Below the pieces are notes generated by a model, which made no database searches, was not told where the DNA came from, and was given only the letters and a program-made list of their open reading frames with translations. This document shows, piece by piece, positions 37,162 through 46,566 of a stretch of 54,593 nucleotides of DNA. Positions within the stretch are counted from its first letter, which is position 1. The number at the start of each line of letters is the position of its first letter. Position numbers and translations under genes: made by a program. The stretch lies in contig CAZETU010000001.1 in the NCBI GenBank assembly GCA_964514585.1, positions 289,409-344,001 of the forward strand. Direction: 5' to 3'. This DNA comes from Candidatus Woesearchaeota archaeon. Its GTDB lineage: Archaea > Nanobdellota > Nanobdellia > Pacearchaeales > GW2011-AR1.

Positions 37162-37540
37162 ATTTCTTAAAAGCCCGAACATTTAAATCAATATACCATT
37201 TCATCGCCACCACAAAATATTTCACAACAAAATAATTTCCAATCATCCAAAGTCCACCAAAACAAAATATCGCTACAGATAAGAAAGCAAGAGCCACAGG
37301 ATGAATCCCCCCGAGAGAAATATACTCGGCCATCCAACCACTCGAAATCAAAGGATAAATCAAACTAAGTATAAATCCAGCAAGTCCACCGACAATCATT
37401 CCAAATGCTCCAGCAATCAACCCAATTATAACACCAATTACCCCAATCAAAAAATGAATAACAAATACTACATTAAGCACAACCAAAGCTATCAAGATAA
37501 AAATATTATCAACATTACTAGGCTTCCCCCTTTTCACCAT
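37151..37540 (-). CDS. membrane protein resembling the DUF1700 C-terminal TM region
   Basis: three long hydrophobic segments, ending 'MKWYIDLNVRAFK'. Confidence 0.6.
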   Translation of the reverse strand: MVKRGKPSNVDNIFILIALVVLNVVFVIHFLIGVIGVIIGLIAGAFGMIVGGLAGFILSLIYPLISSGWMAEYISLGGIHPVALAFLSVAIFCFGGLWMIGNYFVVKYFVVAMKWYIDLNVRAFKKYEP

Positions 37541-37626
37541 ACTAAACAAAACATTCCAACCCTTAAATATCTTTCCAGTTAACACAGATAACCAACATTT
37601 ATAAAATAAAAATCATAAGACTAATT

Positions 37627-37950
37627 ATGGAAATCGATGTTAAAGACGAAACTTTTGAAACAGAAGTGATTGAAAAATCCAAGACAACCCCAGTCCTAGT
37701 AGACTTTTGGGCAAGCTGGTGCGGACCCTGTATGATGCTAAAACCAATCTTAGAAAAATTAGCAACAGAATACGAAGGAAAATTCATTCTAGCAAAAGCA
37801 CTAACTGACGACAATCAAAATATGGCTGGTAAATTCGGAGTAATGTCAATCCCATCAGTAAAGCTTTTCAAGAACGGCGAAGTCGTCGACGAATTCATGG
37901 GCGCTCAACCAGAAGCTACAATCAAACAGTGGCTAGATCAGAAGTTATAA
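37627..37950 (+). CDS. trxA: thioredoxin
   Basis: 'VDFWASWCGPC', 'SIP'. Confidence 0.95.
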   Translation: MEIDVKDETFETEVIEKSKTTPVLVDFWASWCGPCMMLKPILEKLATEYEGKFILAKALTDDNQNMAGKFGVMSIPSVKLFKNGEVVDEFMGAQPEATIKQWLDQKL

Positions 37951-37953
37951 TTC

Positions 37954-38520
37954 TTAATCAATCAGCACAGCCTTAAATCCCATACTCTTAGCCTTCTTCG
38001 AAATAAGTTCATTAACGCTCATTCCCCTTTTCTTAGCAGTAATTCTTGCTTGCTCTAAATCATTAACCTCAAATTTTCTAGACTTTAATGCAGCAATCCC
38101 AATCTCCCCAAAAATTTCTTTAGACCCTGTGTCATAAGCCATCGACTGAATAGTAAACGGAGTTCCAGTAAGAAAGTTTTCAACTGTAGGACGAAGCTTT
38201 CTTCGAATATTTTGGTCAATTAAATTCAAGGGTATGTGATCAATAGAAATTTCAGAATTAGTAATTTTCCACCCACCATAACTATTCTTCCCAATCTTCC
38301 AATCCTCAGGCAAATCAAACTTCTCGACACATTCCTCAACAATAAAATCAAAATCAAAAGAATGCTGTGGTGTTCCATAAATCAACTGATTCAAATTCCT
38401 AGATAACGCCCCACCAATAAGCCAAATCTTCCCCTTGGAATTCCGCCTCACAATATCATAAGCAATCCTATAACTCTCTTCCTTTTCAATATATTCCTCA
38501 AAAACTTTTGAAATATTCAT
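37954..38520 (-). CDS. nucleotidyltransferase, CCA/poly(A)-polymerase head-like, standalone
   Basis: 'IWLIGGALSRNL...DFDFIV', 'FTIQSMAYD'. Confidence 0.7.
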   Translation of the reverse strand: MNISKVFEEYIEKEESYRIAYDIVRRNSKGKIWLIGGALSRNLNQLIYGTPQHSFDFDFIVEECVEKFDLPEDWKIGKNSYGGWKITNSEISIDHIPLNLIDQNIRRKLRPTVENFLTGTPFTIQSMAYDTGSKEIFGEIGIAALKSRKFEVNDLEQARITAKKRGMSVNELISKKAKSMGFKAVLID

Positions 38521-38547
38521 AAAATAACAACAGAATCACAATTTAAA

Positions 38548-38745
38548 TTACTTCCTAGGCGTAATAACCCACATAATCAAATAAGCCAAAATTCCAGCTC
38601 CAAAACTAAAAATAGTAATCAATATCCAAAGCAACCGAATCAAAGTCGGATCAGCCTCAAAATAATTCCCAATCCCAGCACAAACACCACCAAGCATAGA
38701 ATCCTTCTCCGCCGCCCGATACAACCTCTTAACCTTCTTAGCCAT
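38548..38745 (-). CDS. PspC domain protein
   Basis: 'LYR...MLGGVCAGIGNYF..DPTLIRLLW...GILAYLI.W'. Confidence 0.92.
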   Translation of the reverse strand: MAKKVKRLYRAAEKDSMLGGVCAGIGNYFEADPTLIRLLWILITIFSFGAGILAYLIMWVITPRK

Positions 38746-38759
38746 AACATATACAACAA

Positions 38760-38782
38760 AAATTACTTTATAAAATTATTCT
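38760..38782. repeat. 23-bp perfect direct repeat, copy 1
   Basis: AAAATTACTTTATAAAATTATTC, identical at 39860-39882. Confidence 0.88.
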
Positions 38783-39846
38783 TCAGTCTCAATTATCACT
38801 TTGCCAGTCGCAACAGAGTTCAATACTTCATTATTATCTTTTACGTAATCATAAAATTCACGATAGGTCATCACCTTGGACCCACTATTTTCAATGTATT
38901 TTAGAAATTTATCTAAATCTTTAAGCTTTTTCTCGCTATCAAAGGTATTAACATGAAGCTGCAAAACAAACAAATTAGATTTCTCAAAAGCATCAATCCA
39001 TTCATCAGAAGAAGTATGCCTAAAATCTTTAGTGTACCAACCATAATGCCATATAGGATCATAACTACGAGGAGTAATAATAACACCATCATCAAAATAA
39101 GTTTTTGGGACATGTGTATTTCCAATAATCTTAAACCCAGCTTTTTTAACATTATCATATTGTTCATCAGTCCAGTAATTACCAGGAGGAAAATAGGAGA
39201 CAAAAGATTTCCCAAAAGTTTTTTCTAGAGACTGTTTTCCTATAAAAATATTATACCAAATTTCTTCATATTTAGGACAATAATTTACATTCCTACAATG
39301 ATTGTATCCATGCATTGCTAACTCATATCCCTTATCATCTAATTCTTTCAGATATTCAACCATCTCCTCATCATCATTCAAGTCAAAATTTTCTTGAACC
39401 TCCTCCACAAAAATATACGGAGTAAGTCCCAACGAAGCAGTAAAGCCATATTTATCAATTATATCAGAGACCTCTCTATATCTTTCCATCGTATAGCCAT
39501 AACTCGCGAAATAAGCCGATGTATCATTTATATTCCAGTAATCATCAATCTCAATTATCAAAATTTTTTCATCTATCCTAACTGTAGTTTCCTCATCTAA
39601 TTTTGCGGAAGTATATTTAACAAATCCAAGTCCAAGAAAAGAAACAACAACCAAAAATAAAAAAATAAAAAATAAAATTTTTTTATATCTCTCAGTCAAT
39701 TTAACTAACATCTTAAAGAAACGATTCAATAATCCAAACTCTATCAACAATAAAAATATCAAAAAGACAATAGCAATGTCAAAAATTCTTATAGCTAATA
39801 CATTATAAAATTCAGACAAATCCATCCCAGAGTAAAATCCCAACAT
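38776..39846 (-). CDS. membrane-anchored polysaccharide deacetylase (DUF2334-like)
   Basis: two N-terminal TM helices; 'IEIDD', 'ELAMHGYNH', 'YFPPGN', 'LQLH' NodB-type motifs. Confidence 0.85.
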   Translation of the reverse strand: MLGFYSGMDLSEFYNVLAIRIFDIAIVFLIFLLLIEFGLLNRFFKMLVKLTERYKKILFFIFLFLVVVSFLGLGFVKYTSAKLDEETTVRIDEKILIIEIDDYWNINDTSAYFASYGYTMERYREVSDIIDKYGFTASLGLTPYIFVEEVQENFDLNDDEEMVEYLKELDDKGYELAMHGYNHCRNVNYCPKYEEIWYNIFIGKQSLEKTFGKSFVSYFPPGNYWTDEQYDNVKKAGFKIIGNTHVPKTYFDDGVIITPRSYDPIWHYGWYTKDFRHTSSDEWIDAFEKSNLFVLQLHVNTFDSEKKLKDLDKFLKYIENSGSKVMTYREFYDYVKDNNEVLNSVATGKVIIETEE

Positions 39847-39859
39847 AAAAACAATAATT

Positions 39860-39882
39860 AAAATTACTTTATAAAATTATTC
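39860..39882. repeat. 23-bp perfect direct repeat, copy 2
   Basis: identical to 38760-38782; offset 1100 bp. Confidence 0.88.
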
Positions 39883-39889
39883 AAAAACT

Positions 39890-40456
39890 CTAATTACCCC
39901 TTCTACGGTTCGCTCGAAGCGACGGTCTAACCTTAGGAGCCTTAATAGGACTATTTCGGAGTCCCCTAGCCTTTCGACCAGCAGAAGTAATTCCCCTCAA
40001 AGATCTCTTCTTTGGAGCCTTAACAAAAGCGCCAAGTTCCTTATCAGACTTAATCTCAGGAGCAACACGGTCAACCAAAATCACTTCAAAGAAATAATTC
40101 ATCCCATCCTTTCCAACTTGATAAGAATTCAAAACTTCCATATTATTATATTTCCGAGCAACCCTAGACTCAGCAATCTCCTTATAATTCATCTTAAGAT
40201 TTTTCCTAATATGCAACCTCTTCGTTCTCCTCGCTTTATTCGGCCTACTCTTCTTATGACCACCACGCTTAATTCTAATCCTAACAACAGTAACGCCCTT
40301 CTTCGCTTTATACCCAAGAGCCCGAGCCCTGTCCAATCTCAACGGTTTCTCAACCTTAACAATCGACTCACCCTTTCGCCACTCAATCATTCTTTCCCGA
40401 AGTATTTTCACATCAGGCTTTCTCCATGCCAATCTCAAATATTTTGTTAAACTCAT
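39890..40456 (-). CDS. rpl15e: 50S ribosomal protein eL15
   Basis: 'RLDRARALGYKAKKG', 'IAESRVARKY.NMEVLNSY', 'GLTS/GITSAGRK'. Confidence 0.96.
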   Translation of the reverse strand: MSLTKYLRLAWRKPDVKILRERMIEWRKGESIVKVEKPLRLDRARALGYKAKKGVTVVRIRIKRGGHKKSRPNKARRTKRLHIRKNLKMNYKEIAESRVARKYNNMEVLNSYQVGKDGMNYFFEVILVDRVAPEIKSDKELGAFVKAPKKRSLRGITSAGRKARGLRNSPIKAPKVRPSLRANRRRGN

Positions 40457-40565
40457 ACTATCTTATCAAAAATTTCCTTTTTAAAGTTAATCATTATCCC
40501 CCAAAGTTTAGCTCACCAGAGATACCTAAAGGGTTATAAATCAAAAATTCGCTAAGTATTTACAT

Positions 40566-40639
40566 GAGGCTGTAGCGCAGTCAGGTAGCGCATCGCTCTG
40601 ATAAGGCGGGGGTCCCAGGTTCAAATCCTGGCAGCCTCA
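40566..40639 (+). tRNA. tRNA-Ile(GAT)
   Basis: acceptor GAGGCTG/CAGCCTC, D-arm GCGC, anticodon loop CT-GAT-AA, T-arm CCAGG-TTCAAAT-CCTGG; no intron. Confidence 0.95.
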
Positions 40640-41068
40640 TTCATCCAAATATGAAGATATTAAATTAACCTCATCTTTCCGACCTATAGATTCATAGAAT
40701 TTTTTAGTATCATCTAAAGAGAGAATGGGCAAACGCAAATCTCTCCACAAAACCTTTTCAATTTTAACGAATACATCAAATTTCCTGTCTCCATAAGAAT
40801 TTATCTCAACCTCAAAACCACATATATTACAAATCAAAGAAGGACCATTTATTTTTTCACTAAAAAAATCTTTAACAATAAATTTTTTTAAATTATCTCT
40901 AAAGAATTCAATTCCCTCGTCATTGGTAGTTATATCTAAGTCCTGAACAGAAACATCGATACCATGAATTTTAAGATTCGCACTTCCTTCAATTATCCAG
41001 AAAACATCACTACCTCCAACCCTATCCAAAATCACTTCCAAAATTTCTTTAATATTTTTTTCTTCCAC
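40637..41068 (-). CDS. minimal nucleotidyltransferase (Pol beta superfamily)
   Basis: 'WIIEGSANLKIHG..V.VQDLDI' = GS...DxD; GTG start. Confidence 0.75.
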   Translation of the reverse strand: MEEKNIKEILEVILDRVGGSDVFWIIEGSANLKIHGIDVSVQDLDITTNDEGIEFFRDNLKKFIVKDFFSEKINGPSLICNICGFEVEINSYGDRKFDVFVKIEKVLWRDLRLPILSLDDTKKFYESIGRKDEVNLISSYLDE

Positions 41069-41074
41069 GGTCTT

Positions 41075-41680
41075 TTATCCTTCAATCTCCAAAAAAACCT
41101 TTTCCTTCTCAACATAATACTCAATTATTTCAACCTTCAAAGGAATAAATTTCACATAACACTTATCTTTAGAATAAGCTTTAATTTCCAACCCCGACGC
41201 TAATTCAGTCACAACAACATCAGTCTTAGCTTTAACACCAGGAGTTTCAATTTCATAAACAATTCTATCTGCAAGCCGTCTCACTTTAGATTCAACTTCC
41301 ACCTTAGGCAAGCCCATCCTTCGTCGATTCTCCTCATTACTAACCTCAACAACATCAATCTTCTTGACCGGCGATCTTTGAACAACTTGATTTCCCTGAG
41401 GATTATTCCTAGCAACTCTAATCTTAATCCCCCTCGGCACACCATTCTCACCATTTAACTCATTCATCTGCTTCTCCAACTGTTTCACCAAAGAACCAAC
41501 AATCTTATTCATTCCAAAAGGCAATTTCACTTCATCCTGAATCTCATCAATATCTCCTCGCCCCAACATCCCAAAATTTTCCCGCTCTCTCTTCGCCTTA
41601 AACGAGACTCCACAGTAAGGACAAAAATTAAATTTCCGATCAATCTTACTCGCGCACGCAGGACACTTCCTCTTTACCAT
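41075..41680 (-). CDS. zinc-ribbon + Hsp20/alpha-crystallin-like domain protein
   Basis: CPAC..CPYC; C-terminal 'YEIETPGVK...LEIKA...Y.K.IPL'. Confidence 0.75.
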   Translation of the reverse strand: MVKRKCPACASKIDRKFNFCPYCGVSFKAKRERENFGMLGRGDIDEIQDEVKLPFGMNKIVGSLVKQLEKQMNELNGENGVPRGIKIRVARNNPQGNQVVQRSPVKKIDVVEVSNEENRRRMGLPKVEVESKVRRLADRIVYEIETPGVKAKTDVVVTELASGLEIKAYSKDKCYVKFIPLKVEIIEYYVEKEKVFLEIEG

Positions 41681-41733
41681 AATAATAAAAAATATTCACT
41701 CTATTTAAATCTCACTATGCCTCATTTCTGGAC

Positions 41734-42897
41734 TCAAATCGCTTTATCCTTCAAGTCATCCTTCATTAATAAAATATATTCCGCATGACTCCAGCCTAAA
41801 GGATTAGCCCAATAAACCATTTCAGTCCCATTAATTTTTTTTATAGTTTTTTCAATCTTTTTCATCTCATTCAAAATCCGACTATTAAATTCAATTTCAT
41901 TAACTTTCCAATCATAATATTCCTTTTTGGTAGCTATGTGTTCTGGCAAATTCTGATTAGAAAGAGAACCAATTTTTTCAATCCAATTTTTACATTCCTC
42001 ATAATTCCTTTTTCGATTCACTTTCTTGTAAAACCTCGCTGCAATAGCAGTCAATCCACACCAACTTCCAGAACCTCCAGTATACCAATGCCAATCATCA
42101 CAAACCTCAAATTTTCTAAACCTACGAAATCCACCAGTATCCTCCTCCCATATGTGCTCCTTAAGATAACCCAATGTATTCCTCAAGATTTTTTTATCAT
42201 CAACTATATCAAAATAAAATGGAGCCAATTGAGAAATGTCAGGATTATTCGGAAATCTTTTATTTTTTATATAAAGACCTCTTTTCTTATCAAATAATTG
42301 CTTATTAATATTTTTCAAAATTTCTTCAGCCTTCTTGTCCCACCTTTTCGCCTTATCTTTATGATTTAATGCCTCAGCTATTTTTGCAGCATCCTTCAAT
42401 CCCCTACAGCAAGCAGAATTAACCCAAATATCATAACCCTTTTCCAATTTATCATATTCATGAATACTACAATTCGTTTTAACTAACCCGTTCTTAGAAT
42501 AAGAAAAAATTAAATCAACAGTCTTATCAATTACAAGCCACATATTCTGTATAAAAGTTTCTTTACCATTATGTAAATAAGTATCATATATTCCATGCAA
42601 AAGCATTCCTTCATTATCGTTTTGACCCTTCCTGGTAACCGAAGGTTTTCCCGAAGAAGTATATCTTTGAAAAACTTCCTTATAATCATCAATTTTAACA
42701 AACCTCCTCATAAAATAATAAAATTTTTCACTCGCCTTAACGTTCCCAGTCCTATTCAATGCCTTGGTTATAATAACACTATCTCGAGTATAAACATAAG
42801 GATAGGCACCGTCTTTAGGCGTAGCCAAAATACCACCATTGGGCAACTGAAGACCCTTCAAAATTTTAACACTTTTCTTAAATAAATCTACCATCAA
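41734..42897 (-). CDS. glycoside hydrolase family 15 (glucoamylase-like)
   Basis: 'YPYVYTRDS', 'Q.DNEG', 'IHE', 'LPEH', 'PLGWSHAEY'. Confidence 0.88.
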   Translation of the reverse strand: MMVDLFKKSVKILKGLQLPNGGILATPKDGAYPYVYTRDSVIITKALNRTGNVKASEKFYYFMRRFVKIDDYKEVFQRYTSSGKPSVTRKGQNDNEGMLLHGIYDTYLHNGKETFIQNMWLVIDKTVDLIFSYSKNGLVKTNCSIHEYDKLEKGYDIWVNSACCRGLKDAAKIAEALNHKDKAKRWDKKAEEILKNINKQLFDKKRGLYIKNKRFPNNPDISQLAPFYFDIVDDKKILRNTLGYLKEHIWEEDTGGFRRFRKFEVCDDWHWYTGGSGSWCGLTAIAARFYKKVNRKRNYEECKNWIEKIGSLSNQNLPEHIATKKEYYDWKVNEIEFNSRILNEMKKIEKTIKKINGTEMVYWANPLGWSHAEYILLMKDDLKDKAI

Positions 42898-42954
42898 TCT
42901 CCTCTCATAAAAAGAAACAATCCTTCTTTATAAATTATTTGAAACCTCTTTCTA

Positions 42955-44412
42955 TTAGACGTAATGTTCTACCTTTTTAGCAAAACTTTCTACATTATGA
43001 ACGCTATGCACCACTCCATCAAGAGGATGTATCTCCCTAAAAAAATAAGATGGTTTAAATTCTTCTTTTATACCCCTAACCTCTTTTAAATAACTAAGTC
43101 CCCAAATAGCAACCACAACTCTTAAAATAAAAGCAACTAGGAAAATAAAAAGAAGGGTGTTCATAAACGAAACTCCAAAGAGAGCAATAATCGAACCAAT
43201 ACCAGAACCAATAAATGCACCCATACCAACCATAAGATTCATATAAGAATTTCCAAAACTCCTCTTTTCTTTTTTGACCGCATCAAAAACATAATTATTC
43301 GTAGCCAATAAAAAGCCAGACCAGGCAATACCACCCATAAAACCCGGAACAATAAAAAGGAATGCAATAAGCAAAGGCCTGCTTGTTATTAATGCAGAAA
43401 TAACATATATGATAGGAGCCAAGGCGCCCACAAAAGAACAAAATTTAATCACACTAACATTTCCAAATCTATCCGAAAGTTTACCCCAAATAGCCAAAAA
43501 AGCTAACTGAAATAATAATCCAGAAGAAACAACTGCAATATACCAAAAGTATGAAAATCCAAGATTTTTAAGCATATAAACCGCCCAAAACGGTGTAGCA
43601 ACACTAATTGCAATACTATAAAAAAATCTATATATAGTAAACCTACCAAAAGGATTCTTTCTAGCCTGCTTAATGAATTGCCAAAAAGAAAAATAATCCC
43701 TCTTTCTAACCTTTATCATAGGCTCATACTGTCGCGCCAAATAAACAAAAGAAACAAACCTTGAGACAATTGCCATTAAGAACAAAATACCAAAACCAAA
43801 AAGAGTATAAATCTCAACCTGTCCAGATATAATACCCCTATTCTTAAAATTATCAAGTACCAATGCAGCCAAAATAAGAGTGAGAATGCCAAATGAATTA
43901 AATACAAAACTCTTCCTAGAAAAATATTTACCTCTAATCTCATCAGGAACAAGAGAACCCATCCAAGAAAACCAAATGGGGTACGCAACACCCCCAAACG
44001 CAAAATACGCCGCAGCAAAAATCATCATAACCAAAACGGCATAATCAAATCCGATATAATAAAGATATCCAGAAAGAAAAATCGGAATTAACATTAAAAG
44101 TTGCAAAAAAACAAAAAACAAAACTATCTTCTTTCTCTTAAACCTTTCAATCAATCCAACACTAAATAACTGAGCAACACTAGGAACAAAATAAGTAAAA
44201 GAACTCAAAATACCAATCTGAAAGTTCGTCGCTTTCATAAAAATAGCAAAAGGCGAAAAATAATATATTCCCGTATTCTGTGAAACAGAAGAAAAAGCAC
44301 CCTCACGAACACTAAGCTCTAAACTTTTCTCAATTTTTTTTTGAACTATTGGATGATTTGCAGAAACTATTTTTTTCTTTTTTTTATCAACACTCTTTTC
44401 TTTTCGCCTCAT
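42955..44412 (-). CDS. MFS transporter
   Basis: about 12 TM segments; 'W.SWMGSLVPDEIRGKYF', 'WGKLSDRFG'. Confidence 0.9.
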   Translation of the reverse strand: MRRKEKSVDKKKKKIVSANHPIVQKKIEKSLELSVREGAFSSVSQNTGIYYFSPFAIFMKATNFQIGILSSFTYFVPSVAQLFSVGLIERFKRKKIVLFFVFLQLLMLIPIFLSGYLYYIGFDYAVLVMMIFAAAYFAFGGVAYPIWFSWMGSLVPDEIRGKYFSRKSFVFNSFGILTLILAALVLDNFKNRGIISGQVEIYTLFGFGILFLMAIVSRFVSFVYLARQYEPMIKVRKRDYFSFWQFIKQARKNPFGRFTIYRFFYSIAISVATPFWAVYMLKNLGFSYFWYIAVVSSGLLFQLAFLAIWGKLSDRFGNVSVIKFCSFVGALAPIIYVISALITSRPLLIAFLFIVPGFMGGIAWSGFLLATNNYVFDAVKKEKRSFGNSYMNLMVGMGAFIGSGIGSIIALFGVSFMNTLLFIFLVAFILRVVVAIWGLSYLKEVRGIKEEFKPSYFFREIHPLDGVVHSVHNVESFAKKVEHYV

Positions 44413-44560
44413 GCAAAAGAAAGAACATTTTATTTTATAAAATCTTCCAAACCGCCAAACCCCTATATAATCATTCTCTCATAATGTAGCGGACGTTCTA
44501 GTCATATCTTTCATCCTAATCATATTAAATTTTTAAACACTAAGGTATTCCAAATAACAT

Positions 44561-44631
44561 GCGTGAGTGGTATAGTGGTAGCATGTAAGCTTCCCAAGCT
44601 TGAGATCCGGGTTCAACTCCCGGCTCGCGCA
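44561..44631 (+). tRNA. tRNA-Gly(CCC)
   Basis: acceptor GCGTGAG/CTCGCGC, anticodon arm TAAGC-TTCCCAA-GCTTG, T-arm CCGGG-TTCAACT-CCCGG. Confidence 0.95.
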
Positions 44632-44675
44632 TCCTATCTAGTTAAATTTTTATACACATCTTTTCTCACTATTCT

Positions 44676-46439
44676 ATGGCAAAAAAATTTTACATAACAA
44701 CGGCAATCGACTACGTGAATGCGAAACCCCACATAGGCCACGCCTTCGAAAAAATCCTAACCGATACAATCGCAAGATGGCACAGACTCCAAGGCGAAGA
44801 AGTCTTCTTTCTAACGGGAGTAGATGAAAACGCCCAAAAAAATGTCCAAGCAGCAGTTGTCGCAGGATTACCAGTAAAAGAATTCATAGACCAAAACGCA
44901 CAATTATTCATAGACCTCTGCAAAAAATTAAATATCAGCTACGACAAATTTATAAGAACATCAGCAAAAGAACATTCAAAAGTTGTAGAAGAAGTAATAA
45001 AAAAAATAACAGACAAAGGCGATATTTACAAGGGAGAATACGAAGGAGAATATTGTGTAGGCTGCGAATCTTTCATAACAGAGAGAGACCTAGTAGACGG
45101 CAAATGCCCAGAACACAACAAAAAACCTGAGCACAGAAAAGAATCAGCATACTTTTTCAAATTATCAAAATACCAAAACGAGCTAATCGAATTCACAGAA
45201 AATTACATAACCCCAAAAGAAAAGAAAAATGAAATCATATCTAGATTAAAAGAAGGTCTAAACGATTTATGCGTAAGTCGAGCAGGAGCAGAATGGGGAA
45301 TTGATTTCCCGGGAGATAAAGATTTCAAAGTATACGTCTGGGTCGACGCTTTAATTAATTATTTATCCGGTGCAAAAAAAGAATGGCCAGCCGATGTCCA
45401 CGTAATCGGGAAAGGAATCAACTGGTTCCACTCAGTAATCTGGCCAGCTCTTTTAATGTCAGCAGAAATTCCACTCCCCAAAAAACTCTTAGTCCACGGA
45501 TACATCAACATCGCCGGACAAAAAATGTCAAAATCTCTAGGAAACGTAATCGACCCAGCAGTTTTAATAGAAAAATACGGCGCAGATTCAGTAAGATACG
45601 CTCTTCTAAGATGTTCAGTTTTTGAAGATTCAGATTTCTCAGAAGAAATACTAGTAGAACGTCACAACAACGAACTCGCAAACAAACTAGGAAACTTAGT
45701 CTCAAGAACCTCAGCTCTTGCAGAAAAATATGGGATAGAAAAAACCAAAAACCAATTAATAGAAAAATTAAAGCTAGATGAAATCGAAAAAAACTTTAAA
45801 GAATTCAAAACAGACAAAGCATTAAGCGAAATCTTCGCATTTATCGACGTTTGTAACGAATATATTCAAGATAAAAAACCATGGGAAAGTCAAGATAAAA
45901 AAGTCCTATACACAATAGTCGACTCCATAAGACAAGTTACAAAACTACTTTCCCCCTTCATCCCAGATACAGCAGAAAAAATATCAAAAATATTCAAAAC
46001 AAGCAAAATAAAAAAAGCACCAATCTTATTTACAAAAATAGAATATGTACAACCAACACAAAACCTTAATAAAGATGAAGAGCCAAAAGAAATTATGGAA
46101 GGAGTAGCAATAATAGAATTCGACGATTTTGCAAAAGTAGACCTAAGAGTCGCACAAATAAAAGAAGTTAAAGAAATTAAAGGAGCAGACAAACTCTACA
46201 AATTATCAATTAACGTCGGCGAACTAGGTGACAGAACGATTTGCGCAGGAATAAAACAATTCTACAAAGCAGAAGACCTAAAAGATAAAAAAATAATTAT
46301 AGTAGCAAACTTGAAATCTAGAAAATTGAGAGGCATCGAATCATGCGGAATGCTTCTTGCGGCAGGTTCAAAAGAAGCAAACACTTGTGTTCTAATCGTT
46401 CCAGATAAAGATATCCCAACGGGAACAATAATAAGCTAA
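44676..46439 (+). CDS. metG: methionine--tRNA ligase with C-terminal tRNA-binding domain
   Basis: 'YITTAIDYVNAKPHIGH', Zn knuckle, KMSKS, 'DFAKVDLRV...ES.GMLL'. Confidence 0.96.
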   Translation: MAKKFYITTAIDYVNAKPHIGHAFEKILTDTIARWHRLQGEEVFFLTGVDENAQKNVQAAVVAGLPVKEFIDQNAQLFIDLCKKLNISYDKFIRTSAKEHSKVVEEVIKKITDKGDIYKGEYEGEYCVGCESFITERDLVDGKCPEHNKKPEHRKESAYFFKLSKYQNELIEFTENYITPKEKKNEIISRLKEGLNDLCVSRAGAEWGIDFPGDKDFKVYVWVDALINYLSGAKKEWPADVHVIGKGINWFHSVIWPALLMSAEIPLPKKLLVHGYINIAGQKMSKSLGNVIDPAVLIEKYGADSVRYALLRCSVFEDSDFSEEILVERHNNELANKLGNLVSRTSALAEKYGIEKTKNQLIEKLKLDEIEKNFKEFKTDKALSEIFAFIDVCNEYIQDKKPWESQDKKVLYTIVDSIRQVTKLLSPFIPDTAEKISKIFKTSKIKKAPILFTKIEYVQPTQNLNKDEEPKEIMEGVAIIEFDDFAKVDLRVAQIKEVKEIKGADKLYKLSINVGELGDRTICAGIKQFYKAEDLKDKKIIIVANLKSRKLRGIESCGMLLAAGSKEANTCVLIVPDKDIPTGTIIS

Positions 46440-46443
46440 GCGG

Positions 46444-46566
46444 GCAATCTCTCAAGAACTATTTATGGCTTTAAGAAAGCGAAGTTTTCTTCTTTTGAAA
46501 ATCGAAGATTTTCAGTTTTCTATTCATGTTTTTATAGACTCTACTTTCTAAGCAATCTTTCAAGAA
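46444..46566 (-). repeat. duplicated minD 3' segment (46444-46458 vs 46552-46566) flanking two GAA-triloop hairpins
   Basis: GCAATCTCTCAAGAA vs GCAATCTTTCAAGAA; AAGAAAGC-GAA-GTTTTCTT and GAAAATC-GAA-GATTTTC lie between them. Confidence 0.7.

Noticed and set aside
40465-40549. 10-bp ATCAAAAATT repeat flanking the second 21-bp motif as a target duplication
   Set aside because: Too short and AT-rich to support, and each copy sits in a promoter-proximal position.
40566-44631. Prophage or integrative island between tRNA-Ile and tRNA-Gly
   Set aside because: No duplicated tRNA 3' end, integrase or viral gene; both tRNAs are intact and distinct.
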